A DNA stretch of 64,000 nucleotides from an uncultured Chloroflexia bacterium (GTDB lineage: Bacteria > Chloroflexota > Dehalococcoidia > Tepidiformales > Tepidiformaceae). Below, one piece after another: positions 11,082 through 19,125 of this stretch (positions are counted from its first letter, which is position 1; each line of letters begins with the position of its first letter). Made by a program: the position numbers and the translations under genes. The notes under the pieces are model-generated. The model made no database searches, was not told the DNA's origin, and was given only the letters and a program-made list of their open reading frames with translations. The stretch covers positions 4,812-68,811 of the forward strand of contig CAWCQJ010000005.1 of the NCBI GenBank assembly GCA_963797735.1, given 5' to 3'.

Positions 11082-11945
11082 TTAGGCGAGGAGTGGGCCG
11101 AGGCGTTCGCGAAGTGCGTCAGCAAGCTCGGGCCTGCGCATGGCCGCCGCCACAGATGCGGTCAGGTAACCAAGCGGCCTACCCGTATCGTACCTGACTC
11201 CGGAGAACTGGAACGAGAAGACCGGCTCCTCGGCTGCGATTTGGCTCGCGAGCGCGTCCGTTATCTGGAGTTCGCCATTGGCGCCGGGCGGAATCGCATC
11301 AATGTGGCGGAAGATCGTCTCGCTGAGGATGTAGCGGCCAACAATGCCGAGGCGCGACGGCGCATCGTCCAGTGCCGGCTTCTCGACGACCCTGCGAAGG
11401 CGTGCCGGGTTCGCCGTGTCCACCGGGTCGACGATGCCGTACTGCGGCACATCGGCGTCGGCGACGGGTTCGACGGCGATCAGGCTCCCGCCGGATTCGG
11501 CGTGGGCGGCAACAAGTTCTGCGACGCAGGAGGCACCGAGGATGAGGTCGTCAGGGAACATGAGGGCGAACGGGCGACCCTCAAGGTATTTGCGGGCGCA
11601 GTTCACCGCGTGGGCGATGCCAAGCTGCTTCTCCTGGTTCACGTAGTGAAAGGTGGCGCGAGAGCCTATCGCGAGGAGTTCGTCGGCGCCTTTGGTGTTG
11701 CCTGTTTCGCGAAGGGCACGTTCGACCCGTGTACCGGCTTCAAAGTGCTCACGAATGGCTTCCTTGCCTTCAGCGACCACGAAGACGATTTCTGAGATGC
11801 CGGCGGCGAGTGCTTCTTCGACGCAGTACTGCACGAGCGGCCGATCGACGATCGGAAGCATCTCTTTGGGGACTGATTTGGTTGCGGGAAGCATCCGGGT
11901 GCCGAGGCCGGCAGCGAGAATTACGGCTGTAGAGACTGATTGCAT
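11082..11945 (-). CDS. galU: UTP--glucose-1-phosphate uridylyltransferase
   Basis: AVILAAGLGTRMLPATKSVPKEMLPIVDRP N-terminal signature, 287 aa. Confidence 0.92.
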   Translation of the reverse strand: MQSVSTAVILAAGLGTRMLPATKSVPKEMLPIVDRPLVQYCVEEALAAGISEIVFVVAEGKEAIREHFEAGTRVERALRETGNTKGADELLAIGSRATFHYVNQEKQLGIAHAVNCARKYLEGRPFALMFPDDLILGASCVAELVAAHAESGGSLIAVEPVADADVPQYGIVDPVDTANPARLRRVVEKPALDDAPSRLGIVGRYILSETIFRHIDAIPPGANGELQITDALASQIAAEEPVFSFQFSGVRYDTGRPLGYLTASVAAAMRRPELADALRERLGPLLA

Positions 11946-12093
11946 TGGGTTAGCATGGTACTCTGTTGGTTGGCGCCGGATATACAGAAAGTAGCACTGC
12001 TGCTATTATTCGAAGCCGTCTATCTTTCCCCGGGGAGCATTTTGAGGAAGCGATCTGAAGGTCCCACCGAAGCCGGCACCACCAGAGCCGAGA

Positions 12094-12765
12094 ATCAACG
12101 AACGAATCCGAGTTCCGGAAGTTCGCGTCATTGATGAAGAGGGGCGCCAAATTGGCGTCATTCGAACGGCAGAAGCACTGACCATGGCGCGTGAGCGCGA
12201 GGTCGATCTGGTGGAGGTCGCTGCCCAAGCGAGCCCTCCTGTCGCACGCCTCATGGACTTCGGGCGTTTCAAATACGAGCAATCGAAGAAGGAACGGGAG
12301 GCCAAGAAGCATCAGGTAAACGTGCAGCTTCGCGAAGTGCGGATGAAGCCGAAGATTGATGACCACGACGTGGACTTCAAGACCCGGATCGCTGCGAAAC
12401 TGCTGAAGCGGGGAGACAAAGTCAAAGTCACGGTCATGTTCCGTGGGCGCGAGATAACGCACCCGCAGATCGGCAAAGCACTGCTGGACCGTGTGCTGGC
12501 CAGCCTTGAAGAGGTTGCGATCCTTGAAAAGGACGCGATGCTTGAGGGCCGGCATATGACCATCATCCTCGCACCTGATAAGAAGAAGATCGCCGCGAAG
12601 GCCCGCGCAGCAGCGGAAGCCGCCGGCGGCAAGCTACCCGTTGAAGATGACGACGACGATGAAGCAATCACCGCAGCAGCCGAGGCAGCTCCGGTGGTTG
12701 ATGAAGACGACCACGATGACGTCGACGATGAAGACGACGACGACGACGAGGAAACAGGAGACTGA
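12094..12765 (+). CDS. infC: translation initiation factor IF-3 with probable AUC start and acidic C-terminal tail
   Basis: The conserved N-terminus INERIRVPEVRVIDEEGRQIGV lies in frame upstream of the first ATG (12184). The in-frame stop is at 12055-12057, and the only IF-3-style start is ATC at 12094. The C-terminus carries a roughly 55-60-aa D/E-rich extension. Confidence 0.85.
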   Translation: MNERIRVPEVRVIDEEGRQIGVIRTAEALTMAREREVDLVEVAAQASPPVARLMDFGRFKYEQSKKEREAKKHQVNVQLREVRMKPKIDDHDVDFKTRIAAKLLKRGDKVKVTVMFRGREITHPQIGKALLDRVLASLEEVAILEKDAMLEGRHMTIILAPDKKKIAAKARAAAEAAGGKLPVEDDDDDEAITAAAEAAPVVDEDDHDDVDDEDDDDDEETGD

Positions 12766-12767
12766 AT

Positions 12768-12965
12768 TTGCCGAAGCTGAAGACCCACAAGGGCGCAGCG
12801 AGCCGCTTCCGTGTAACGGGCAGTGGCAAGATCATGCGAATGCAGGGAAGCCGAAACAACTTCCGTCGCAAGAAGCGCCAACAAGTTACCGTGAATTTCG
12901 GTCGAACCGTAGAAGTTTCGCCGACTCACGCCCCACTCATTAAGCGGTTGCTCGCCGGCCAATAG
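12768..12965 (+). CDS. rpmI: 50S ribosomal protein L35
   Basis: MPKLKTHKGAASRFRVTGSGKI with a TTG start 2 nt after the infC stop and an AGGAG SD. Confidence 0.93.
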   Translation: MPKLKTHKGAASRFRVTGSGKIMRMQGSRNNFRRKKRQQVTVNFGRTVEVSPTHAPLIKRLLAGQ

Positions 12966-12995
12966 GCCGCCGACACTACCAGGAGAACCAGGACC

Positions 12996-13352
12996 ATGAG
13001 CCGAGTAAAGCGTGGCGTCACTTCACATCGCCGCCATAAGAAGATTCTGTCGCTGACCAAGGGTCACGCCGGACAGCGCCATCGCCTGATCAAGCGCGCG
13101 ACTGAGAGCATGCTCCATTCGCTTCGCTACAACTACGTGGACCGTCGCGACCGCAAGGGCGACTTCCGCGAGCTGTGGATCATGCGCATCAACGCTGCCG
13201 CCCGGCTCCATGGACTCACCTATAGCCGATTCATGTTCGGGCTGAAAACGGCCGGGATCGAACTCGACCGCAAGTCCCTGGCTGACATCGCCGTTACCCG
13301 GCCTGATGCGTTCGAAGAACTCGTCGGAACCGCGAAGGCGGCTCTCGCGTAG
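12996..13352 (+). CDS. rplT: 50S ribosomal protein L20
   Basis: [18 protein letters not shown]...RINAAAR signature, 118 aa. Confidence 0.95.
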   Translation: MSRVKRGVTSHRRHKKILSLTKGHAGQRHRLIKRATESMLHSLRYNYVDRRDRKGDFRELWIMRINAAARLHGLTYSRFMFGLKTAGIELDRKSLADIAVTRPDAFEELVGTAKAALA

Positions 13353-13376
13353 GACTTCTCCTGCAACGAATACCTT

Positions 13377-13403
13377 AAGGGGCGCCCTACGGGCGTCCTT
13401 TTT
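13377..13403 (+). terminator. intrinsic terminator after rplT
   Basis: AAGGGGCGCCC-TAC-GGGCGTCCTT imperfect hairpin followed by TTTTCG. Confidence 0.6.
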
Positions 13404-13423
13404 CGTGTGCGTTGTTCGGGAGG

Positions 13424-14203
13424 CTAGGAGCCGGAGTAGGTGAGTTTCGGGGTTCGAGACAGGCCGAGCATGTAGATAGCGACCGCGAGTGTCCCAAGCA
13501 CAAGGAAATCGATGCCAAGACCGATGAAGGTCGCATCGCTCGATGCGTAGGTCGCAAGTTCGAGGGCATCGACCGCGTAGGTGAGCGGGTTCACGAGGGC
13601 GAGTATCTCGAGCCATTTCGGGAGGCCGTCGATGGGGAAGAACGCGCCCGAGAAGAAGAGCAACGGAAACAGCGCCAGGTTCATGAGCAGGTGGAAGCCC
13701 TGCATCGTCTTGATTCGCGAGGCGAGCGCCTGAGCGATTCCGGTGAGCATCAGATTCAGGAGGACGATGGCTGCGATGGCGATAGCAATGCCAGCGAGCA
13801 TGCCGTGTTGCCATTCGAAATCCACAAACGGAGCCGCGACAGCCAGGACGACAATCGCCTGGATGGTGCCTATGACCAGCGCAGCGAGCGACTTGCCCAG
13901 CATCAGGGTCCGCGGATGGGCAGGACTGGAGAGCAGGAGTCGGAGCAAGCCGTTGTCACGGTCGCGGTAGTAGGAGGCGCTTGAGAAGGTGGAAGAGAAC
14001 ACTGCGGTCATGGCGATGGCGCCCGCTACGAGGTATGCGGTGAAGTTGCCGTCCGGAAGATTCGAGGGCTGCAAACCCTCTGAGACGCCGTTGCCAAGGA
14101 ACACGAGGAATAGCAACGGCGTTAAAATCGAGCTGTAGAGCTGGCTCCTGGAACGCACCACAGCACTGAGATCTCTCCGGGCGACGACGATCGCTATCTT
14201 CAT
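13424..14203 (-). CDS. ABC-2 type transporter permease
   Basis: 259-aa six-TM ORF translationally coupled (4-nt overlap) to the upstream ATPase. It has the typical ABC-2 N-terminus RRDLSAVVRSRSQLYSSIL. Confidence 0.8.
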   Translation of the reverse strand: MKIAIVVARRDLSAVVRSRSQLYSSILTPLLFLVFLGNGVSEGLQPSNLPDGNFTAYLVAGAIAMTAVFSSTFSSASYYRDRDNGLLRLLLSSPAHPRTLMLGKSLAALVIGTIQAIVVLAVAAPFVDFEWQHGMLAGIAIAIAAIVLLNLMLTGIAQALASRIKTMQGFHLLMNLALFPLLFFSGAFFPIDGLPKWLEILALVNPLTYAVDALELATYASSDATFIGLGIDFLVLGTLAVAIYMLGLSRTPKLTYSGS

Positions 14204-15129
14204 GCGGAAACTTCCTGCCGACGGCGGACATGCTGGAAGTAGGCATCCTCGAGCGACGCGGTCGCGATCGAGACGGAGCGGATGGCGCCAGGCGCGAGTT
14301 CGAATAGCCGCGGCACCAGTGTCGCTGAATCATCGGTAGTCACGACCACGAGGTCGCCATCGTGCGTGACTTCGCCTGTATCCGGCCAGGCCGCGAGTTG
14401 AGCGAGGTCGCTGGCGGAAGGCGACACCCAACCGATGCGGACCGATTCACGGCGCAAGCCGGACTTCAGCTCCCGCGGAGTTCCCGAAATCACAATCTTC
14501 CCATCCTGGACGAATGCGACCCGATCGCAAACGGCGTCCGCTTCGGCCAGGTCGTTCGTCGCGAGCAGGACCGTGATGCCGGCGTCGGAAGACCGCAGGT
14601 TTTGCCAGAGTAGCGAGCGTTCCTCCGCGTCGATGCCGGTGGTTGGCTCGTCGAGAAGGAGCAAACGGGGGCGATGCAGCAGGGCTCGGGCAACTTCGAG
14701 GCGACGGCGCATGCCGCCTGAGAGGGTCGAAACTTCGTCGCGGGCGCGATCCTTCAGTCCGAACTGGTCGAGAACCTCGGGCACTCGTGTGCGAAGGTCA
14801 GTTGAACCCACGCCGAACAATCGCCCGGCGAACTCAAGGTATTCGCCCACTCGCATCAATGGGTCGGCCGAGTTCTCCTGGAATACGGTCGCGACTTGCA
14901 GGCGCAGCGCTCGGGCCGGCGGTGATCCGAACACTTCGAGCGTGCCTTCAGTTGGAAGCTCCATAGCCGCGACCATCGCCATGAATGTACTTTTTCCGCT
15001 TCCATTCGGCCCCAACAGGCCGAAGACGCCGGAGGTCGGCACATCGAGAGAGAACCCGTTCAGCGCGCGACGGTCTCCGTAAGAGCGCGTTATGTTCGAT
15101 GCGCGGATCGCCAACTCAGTCACGGGCAC
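14200..15129 (-). CDS. ABC transporter ATP-binding protein
   Basis: Walker A GLLGPNGSGKST, signature LSGGMRRRL, Walker B LLLLDEPTTG. GTG start at 15129 (or 15123). The long upstream ORF extension to 15834 overlaps the yggT genes and is rejected. Confidence 0.85.
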   Translation of the reverse strand: MPVTELAIRASNITRSYGDRRALNGFSLDVPTSGVFGLLGPNGSGKSTFMAMVAAMELPTEGTLEVFGSPPARALRLQVATVFQENSADPLMRVGEYLEFAGRLFGVGSTDLRTRVPEVLDQFGLKDRARDEVSTLSGGMRRRLEVARALLHRPRLLLLDEPTTGIDAEERSLLWQNLRSSDAGITVLLATNDLAEADAVCDRVAFVQDGKIVISGTPRELKSGLRRESVRIGWVSPSASDLAQLAAWPDTGEVTHDGDLVVVTTDDSATLVPRLFELAPGAIRSVSIATASLEDAYFQHVRRRQEVSA

Positions 15130-15176
15130 AGTGTCCCACAGGGTCGGCCGTGAAACGAGGATCGGGGGAGTGAGCG

Positions 15177-15392
15177 TTAAGCCGGGGCGACGAGCATCGC
15201 GACCATGTACTGCATCATGATGAGGGCGAACATGGCTATCAGCGGACTCAGGTCGATCATGCCGGTCTGGGGCATGACGCGCCGGATCGGCTCGATGATT
15301 GGCTCGGTCACGCGATGGAGCATCTGGACGAGCGGACTCGACTGATCGATAGGGAACCAGCTCATGAGCGACCGGGCGATCACGGCCCACAT
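15177..15392 (-). CDS. yggT: YggT family membrane protein, N-terminus apparently lost to an ATA at the expected start
   Basis: SWFP...TEPIIEPIRRVMPQTGMIDLSP motif. Homology to the neighbouring paralog continues upstream (INPYIAQLTITFLSIL) to ATA at 15440..15438. That ATA has a GGAG SD 8 nt upstream and aligns with the paralog's ATG. Confidence 0.7.
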   Translation of the reverse strand: MWAVIARSLMSWFPIDQSSPLVQMLHRVTEPIIEPIRRVMPQTGMIDLSPLIAMFALIMMQYMVAMLVAPA

Positions 15393-15527
15393 CAGAATGC
15401 TGAGAAAGGTAATGGTCAGTTGGGCGATGTAGGGGTTTATGGCGAGGACTCCGAAACCGGCACCCGGAAGTGCGTTTCAGTATACCAGAATCGATTTTCG
15501 TGGCGGCGGAATGGCTTTCCCAAATGG

Positions 15528-15791
15528 TTACTGAGAGGCGGCTGACTGCACGACGGTAATCATTACGAACAAGACGATAATCACGATCATTGAGGAGAAA
15601 TCGATCATGCCGGTGCGAGGCATGATCCGTCGGACCGGCTGAAGCAGCGGCTCGCAAACCATATCGAGCAAGCGGACGAACTGGTTGTTTCGGTCGACGT
15701 TCGGGAACCAGGTGAAGAGCGAACGGACGATGATGGCGACGATGAGCAGGTAGAGGAAGGTTGTGAAGATAAGGGCGACCTGGTCGTTCAT
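15528..15791 (-). CDS. yggT: YggT family membrane protein
   Basis: 87 aa with TWFP...CEPLLQPVRRIMPRTGMIDFSS. Its ATG overlaps the proC stop (ATGA). Confidence 0.85.
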   Translation of the reverse strand: MNDQVALIFTTFLYLLIVAIIVRSLFTWFPNVDRNNQFVRLLDMVCEPLLQPVRRIMPRTGMIDFSSMIVIIVLFVMITVVQSAASQ

Positions 15792-16577
15792 GCCTTGCCG
15801 AGCTCCATGGCGCGCTGGTGGGCCGCGCGAACACATTCGATGATCGTGGCGCGGAAGGCGCCTTTTTCGAGTTCGAACAGGCCCGCGGCCGTGGTTCCTG
15901 CGGGTGAGGTGACCATGGCGCGGAGTTCGGCGGCGCTGCGTTCGCTGCCTTTGGCGTAGAGAGAGGACCCTACCAGACGTCTGCAACACGAGTTCTTCCG
16001 CCGCGGGACGGGGCAGGCCAATTGCCACCGCGCCATCGATGAGTGCTTCGATGAACATGAAGACGTACGCCGGGCCGCTGCCGCTGACGGCCGTGACCAT
16101 GTCGATCTTCTTTTCGTCATCGACGTAGAGCTCACTGCCGATGGCGCCGAGGAGGGACTTCACGAAGTCCTTCTGCGAGACCGTGACAGCGGCAGTCGCG
16201 GTCCAAGCGCTCATCCCGGCGCGGACAGCAGCCGGGGTGTTCGGCATCACGCGGACGATCGCTTCGTGGCCAAACGCATCGCGAAGCGAACCGATAGTCA
16301 CGCCCGCCATGATGGAGATCAGGAGCGAATCTCGGCGGAGCGAGCCGGTGACGGTCTTCGTCTCCTGTGGCTTCACGGAAAGTAAGACCACGTCAGCATC
16401 CGACATCGCGTCAAACGAACTGGAAGCCTGGACACCGTACTTCGACTGCAGCACAGTGCGTCGCGGTTCGAGTTTCTCGATGACCGTGACAGAAGATGCC
16501 TGGAGCACGCCGGCCTCGAGCGCGGCGCCGAGAATCGCCTCGCCCATGACCCCACCGCCGACGATGGCAACGTTCAC
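15788..16577 (-). pseudogene. proC: pyrroline-5-carboxylate reductase, one frameshift
   Basis: The N-terminal 200 aa (VAIVGGGVMGEAIL, RVMPNTPA, AVSGSGPAYVF) are in one frame. The C-terminus (LRAMVTSPAGTTAAGL...ELGKA) is in another. The junction is near 15978 (CAGACGTCTGGTAGGG). GTG start at 16577. Confidence 0.9.
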
Positions 16578-17260
16578 GACCGATCACCGAAGAGCGCCCG
16601 GCCAATCCGAACATGGGTGGCGCCTTCTTCGATGGCGACCTCGTAGTCGTTGGTCATGCCCATCGAGAGCGCGGTGAGGCCCTGGTCCTCTGCGAGCGAA
16701 CGAAGTTTGCGAAACACCGGTCGGGCCTATTCCACGTCGTCCACGTGCGGAGCGACAGTCATCAGGCCGAGCACTTCGAGGTTGGGCAACGAGCGACCGA
16801 GATCGACGAGAGCCGGAACTTCGGCCACGGCTATCCCATACTTTTGCGGCTCGGCGGCAACGTTCACTTCGATAAATACCTGGACAGGCGAGGTTGCCGC
16901 AGCGGAGATGGCCCTCAAGAGCCGTTCCGAATCGACAGAGTGGAGTATAGCAAAGGTCCCGAGCGCGGCTCGGACCTTGTTCGTCTGGAGGTGCCCTAAG
17001 AGGTGCCAGGTGGGCTGGTCCGTGGTCGCGGCCTGGGAGTTAACTTCGGCGGCCTTAGCAACGCCCTCCTGCACTCGGTTTTCACCGAGATCGCGGAGTC
17101 CTGACCGTACGGCCTCGACAACGGTATCAGCCGGATGCGTCTTGGTGACGGCGACGAGGGTGATGGCTTCGGGCGACCTGCCTGAACGATCGGCAGCTCG
17201 GGCTATCTTCTCGCGGACCACGGCGAGGCGGGTGGCGAGGTCCGGCGTGGCCACCGTCAT
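16574..17260 (-). pseudogene. yggS: YggS-family pyridoxal-phosphate homeostasis protein with an in-frame TAG
   Basis: LVAVTKTHP, GENRVQE and HLLGHLQTNK precede TAG at 16727-16729. The same frame then continues with RPVFRKLR...[28 protein letters not shown]. The stop overlaps the proC GTG. Confidence 0.88.
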
Positions 17261-17523
17261 CCGATCTCCGGCGGGTGTTTCGCTTCCCAGATTCCATAGC
17301 CGACGAGCGCAATCACGCCGGTGCCCACGATACCGAGACCGAGCCAACCGCTGATGGTGAACGCCCAGATGATGAACAACAGGCCGAAGACGGCGCCGAA
17401 AAGCAGCCCCAGGGGCATGGCAAGAGCCTTGAACACCGCGATGATGATCGCGAACGTCTCGCCCCACGAACCAGGCTTAGGGTCGTCATCCGGTGGTTGC
17501 GAGGAGCCGTAGTAAAAGCCCAT
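17257..17523 (-). CDS. small membrane protein (88 aa, 2 TM)
   Basis: Two hydrophobic helices. 4-nt overlap with the yggS start. Confidence 0.55.
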   Translation of the reverse strand: MGFYYGSSQPPDDDPKPGSWGETFAIIIAVFKALAMPLGLLFGAVFGLLFIIWAFTISGWLGLGIVGTGVIALVGYGIWEAKHPPEIG

Positions 17524-17590
17524 GCCCTCAAGTGTACGTGAGGTTCAGGTTTGAACGGGCGTCACCCGAGAAATGGGCTGCTCCAAATCC

Positions 17591-18073
17591 TTACGGGGCT
17601 TCGCCTGCATCCATGAATGACCAGAGGTCGAGCCCGGGCGTCGGGATGTCGTACGTTGCGAGGACGCTCGTGATGTTCGTCCGATGTTCGACGCCGTGGT
17701 TGTAGGCCTGGAAGAGCGGGACATAGAGCGGCATGCTGAACGGCTCACCCTTGAACGTGCCCGAGAGACGCGACTCCTCGTTCAAGTTGCGCGCGTATTC
17801 GATGAGCTTGTCGCCCTGGTCCGCCGCCCATTCGCGAAGCGTGGCGCAGGTCGGCAATTCTGCAGGCAATGGATTGAACTCGAGCGCTTCGCCGCCAATG
17901 GTGTCGATAAATCGGCCTTCGTTGGCGATCATGTGGAAGAGGGTTTCATGGATCGTCCCGAATCCTCCGGGCGCCCGGCGCTCCAGGTCTTCAGCGGGCA
18001 GTCCGGCGAGGTGGTCGATGAGGGCGAGATTGGCCCATTTGTGGTGGCGGTAGAGATGAGGAAGAAGGTCCAT
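17591..18073 (-). CDS. DinB family protein
   Basis: HLYRHHKWANLALIDHL and QAYNHGVEHR are typical DinB helices. ATG at 18073. Confidence 0.75.
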   Translation of the reverse strand: MDLLPHLYRHHKWANLALIDHLAGLPAEDLERRAPGGFGTIHETLFHMIANEGRFIDTIGGEALEFNPLPAELPTCATLREWAADQGDKLIEYARNLNEESRLSGTFKGEPFSMPLYVPLFQAYNHGVEHRTNITSVLATYDIPTPGLDLWSFMDAGEAP

Positions 18074-18104
18074 GGATCGAGTGTAGCGGGGACGCTGGGC
18101 GATC

Positions 18105-18385
18105 TCACAACTCAAGAGACATCCGGCCGCTCAGGACGGCAATCACCACGACGCCATCGACAAATCGTTCGTAGATAATTCGAACTCACCTTCGATAAGT
18201 TCGCGAATGTACCGATTCATGAATTCGGGGAACGCCCTTCCCGAGACTGGAAACTCCTCAAGCTGCCGGCCACGGGCCCGAATGTCTCGCACAACTTTAT
18301 TGGCGCTTGCCGTGGAGAACTGACTACGAGCGGCGTAGAGCGCTTCGAATGTCGGCACGCGCCTTGGAGACCAGCTGAGCTTCAA
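18105..18385 (-). pseudogene. ParE/RelE-superfamily toxin, frameshifted near the C-terminus
   Basis: After ...IRELIEGEF the family-typical ending IYERFVDGVVVIAVLSGRMSLEL is in the +1 frame, with the junction near 18177-18180 (GAATTATC). The annotated ORF 18143-18385 ends in unrelated sequence. Confidence 0.65.
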
Positions 18386-18576
18386 TCCGAGTCGTCAAGA
18401 TCGAATTCCGCGAACACTGCATCGGTGGTGAGTAGAGGTTCTTCGCGAGCAGACTGGCGACCTGCTTCCATCTGTTCGCGCACATACAGCATTTCGCGCG
18501 GGTCCCCGAGCGTGGCGTCTTCGGGGAGGCTATCTATTAGCCGGTGCATTTCTTCTTTAACCAATGGCTGCGCCAT
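18382..18576 (-). CDS. putative antitoxin (64 aa, acidic C-terminus)
   Basis: 4-nt overlap with the downstream ParE-like gene. Size and position fit a type II antitoxin. No strong motif. Confidence 0.5.
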   Translation of the reverse strand: MAQPLVKEEMHRLIDSLPEDATLGDPREMLYVREQMEAGRQSAREEPLLTTDAVFAEFDLDDSD

Positions 18577-18584
18577 AGGAAAGG

Positions 18585-19049
18585 TTATACCAGCCCGTCG
18601 GGGGTTGGACCGAGGTTGAGTTCCTCGAGCTGGCGGGCAATTACCTCCCGATCGTCTTCGTCGGCAATGATCTTAAGCGCCAGCCGCGAACGCTCGGCGA
18701 ACTGTCCCGCCTCGGCAGGGTTCCCGGCGACGAGATGCGCCCGCGCGAGTACCTCGAGGGCGGACGCGAGGTCCCAATCCTCGATTCCTTCGCCGCCCGC
18801 TTCGACGAGTTCGAGACAACGCTCGGCGTGATGGAGAGCGGCTTCGCCTCGGCCCAGCGCTGCGTACACGCGGGCACACTGGTTTTCGCCGCGGGCGATA
18901 TTCGCCGGCGTGCCACCGAATTGCTTCCAGTGGTAAGCAGAGGCGTGGACCGTGTGGACGAGCTCGTCGTCCTGGGCGGCAGTGCGGGCGTCCGTGAGCA
19001 TAAGATCCCAACTTCGATTGAAGAGGGAAACAGCAAGCCGCCGATGCAT
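18585..19049 (-). CDS. hypothetical helical (TPR-like) protein
   Basis: SLFNRSWDLM...HASAYHWKQFG...ARGENQCARVYAALG pattern. Start at ATG 19049 or GTG 19085. The upstream ORF extension overlaps the nrdJ 3' end. Confidence 0.55.
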   Translation of the reverse strand: MHRRLAVSLFNRSWDLMLTDARTAAQDDELVHTVHASAYHWKQFGGTPANIARGENQCARVYAALGRGEAALHHAERCLELVEAGGEGIEDWDLASALEVLARAHLVAGNPAEAGQFAERSRLALKIIADEDDREVIARQLEELNLGPTPDGLV

Positions 19050-19125
19050 CGCTGGACTGACGTCGTCAGAGCCCTGCGTGGTCACCGGCGGCCTCCTGAG
19101 TTTCCTGAATGCCTCCGCCCTTACC

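Noticed and set aside
12641-12765. GAC/GAT/GAA-rich stretch at the end of infC as a tandem DNA repeat
   Set aside because: It is in frame and coding (a poly-Asp/Glu tail), an imperfect triplet reiteration rather than a repeat element.
14200-15834. 544-aa version of the ABC ATPase
   Set aside because: The N-terminal 230 aa are low-complexity and overlap both yggT genes. The ATPase domain begins at the GTG at 15129.
15528-16577. 349-aa ORF that looks like a ProC-YggT fusion
   Set aside because: It is an artefact of the proC frameshift. After about residue 200 the frame reads arginine-rich nonsense until it enters the yggT frame, and the true ProC C-terminus is in ORF 15788-16135.
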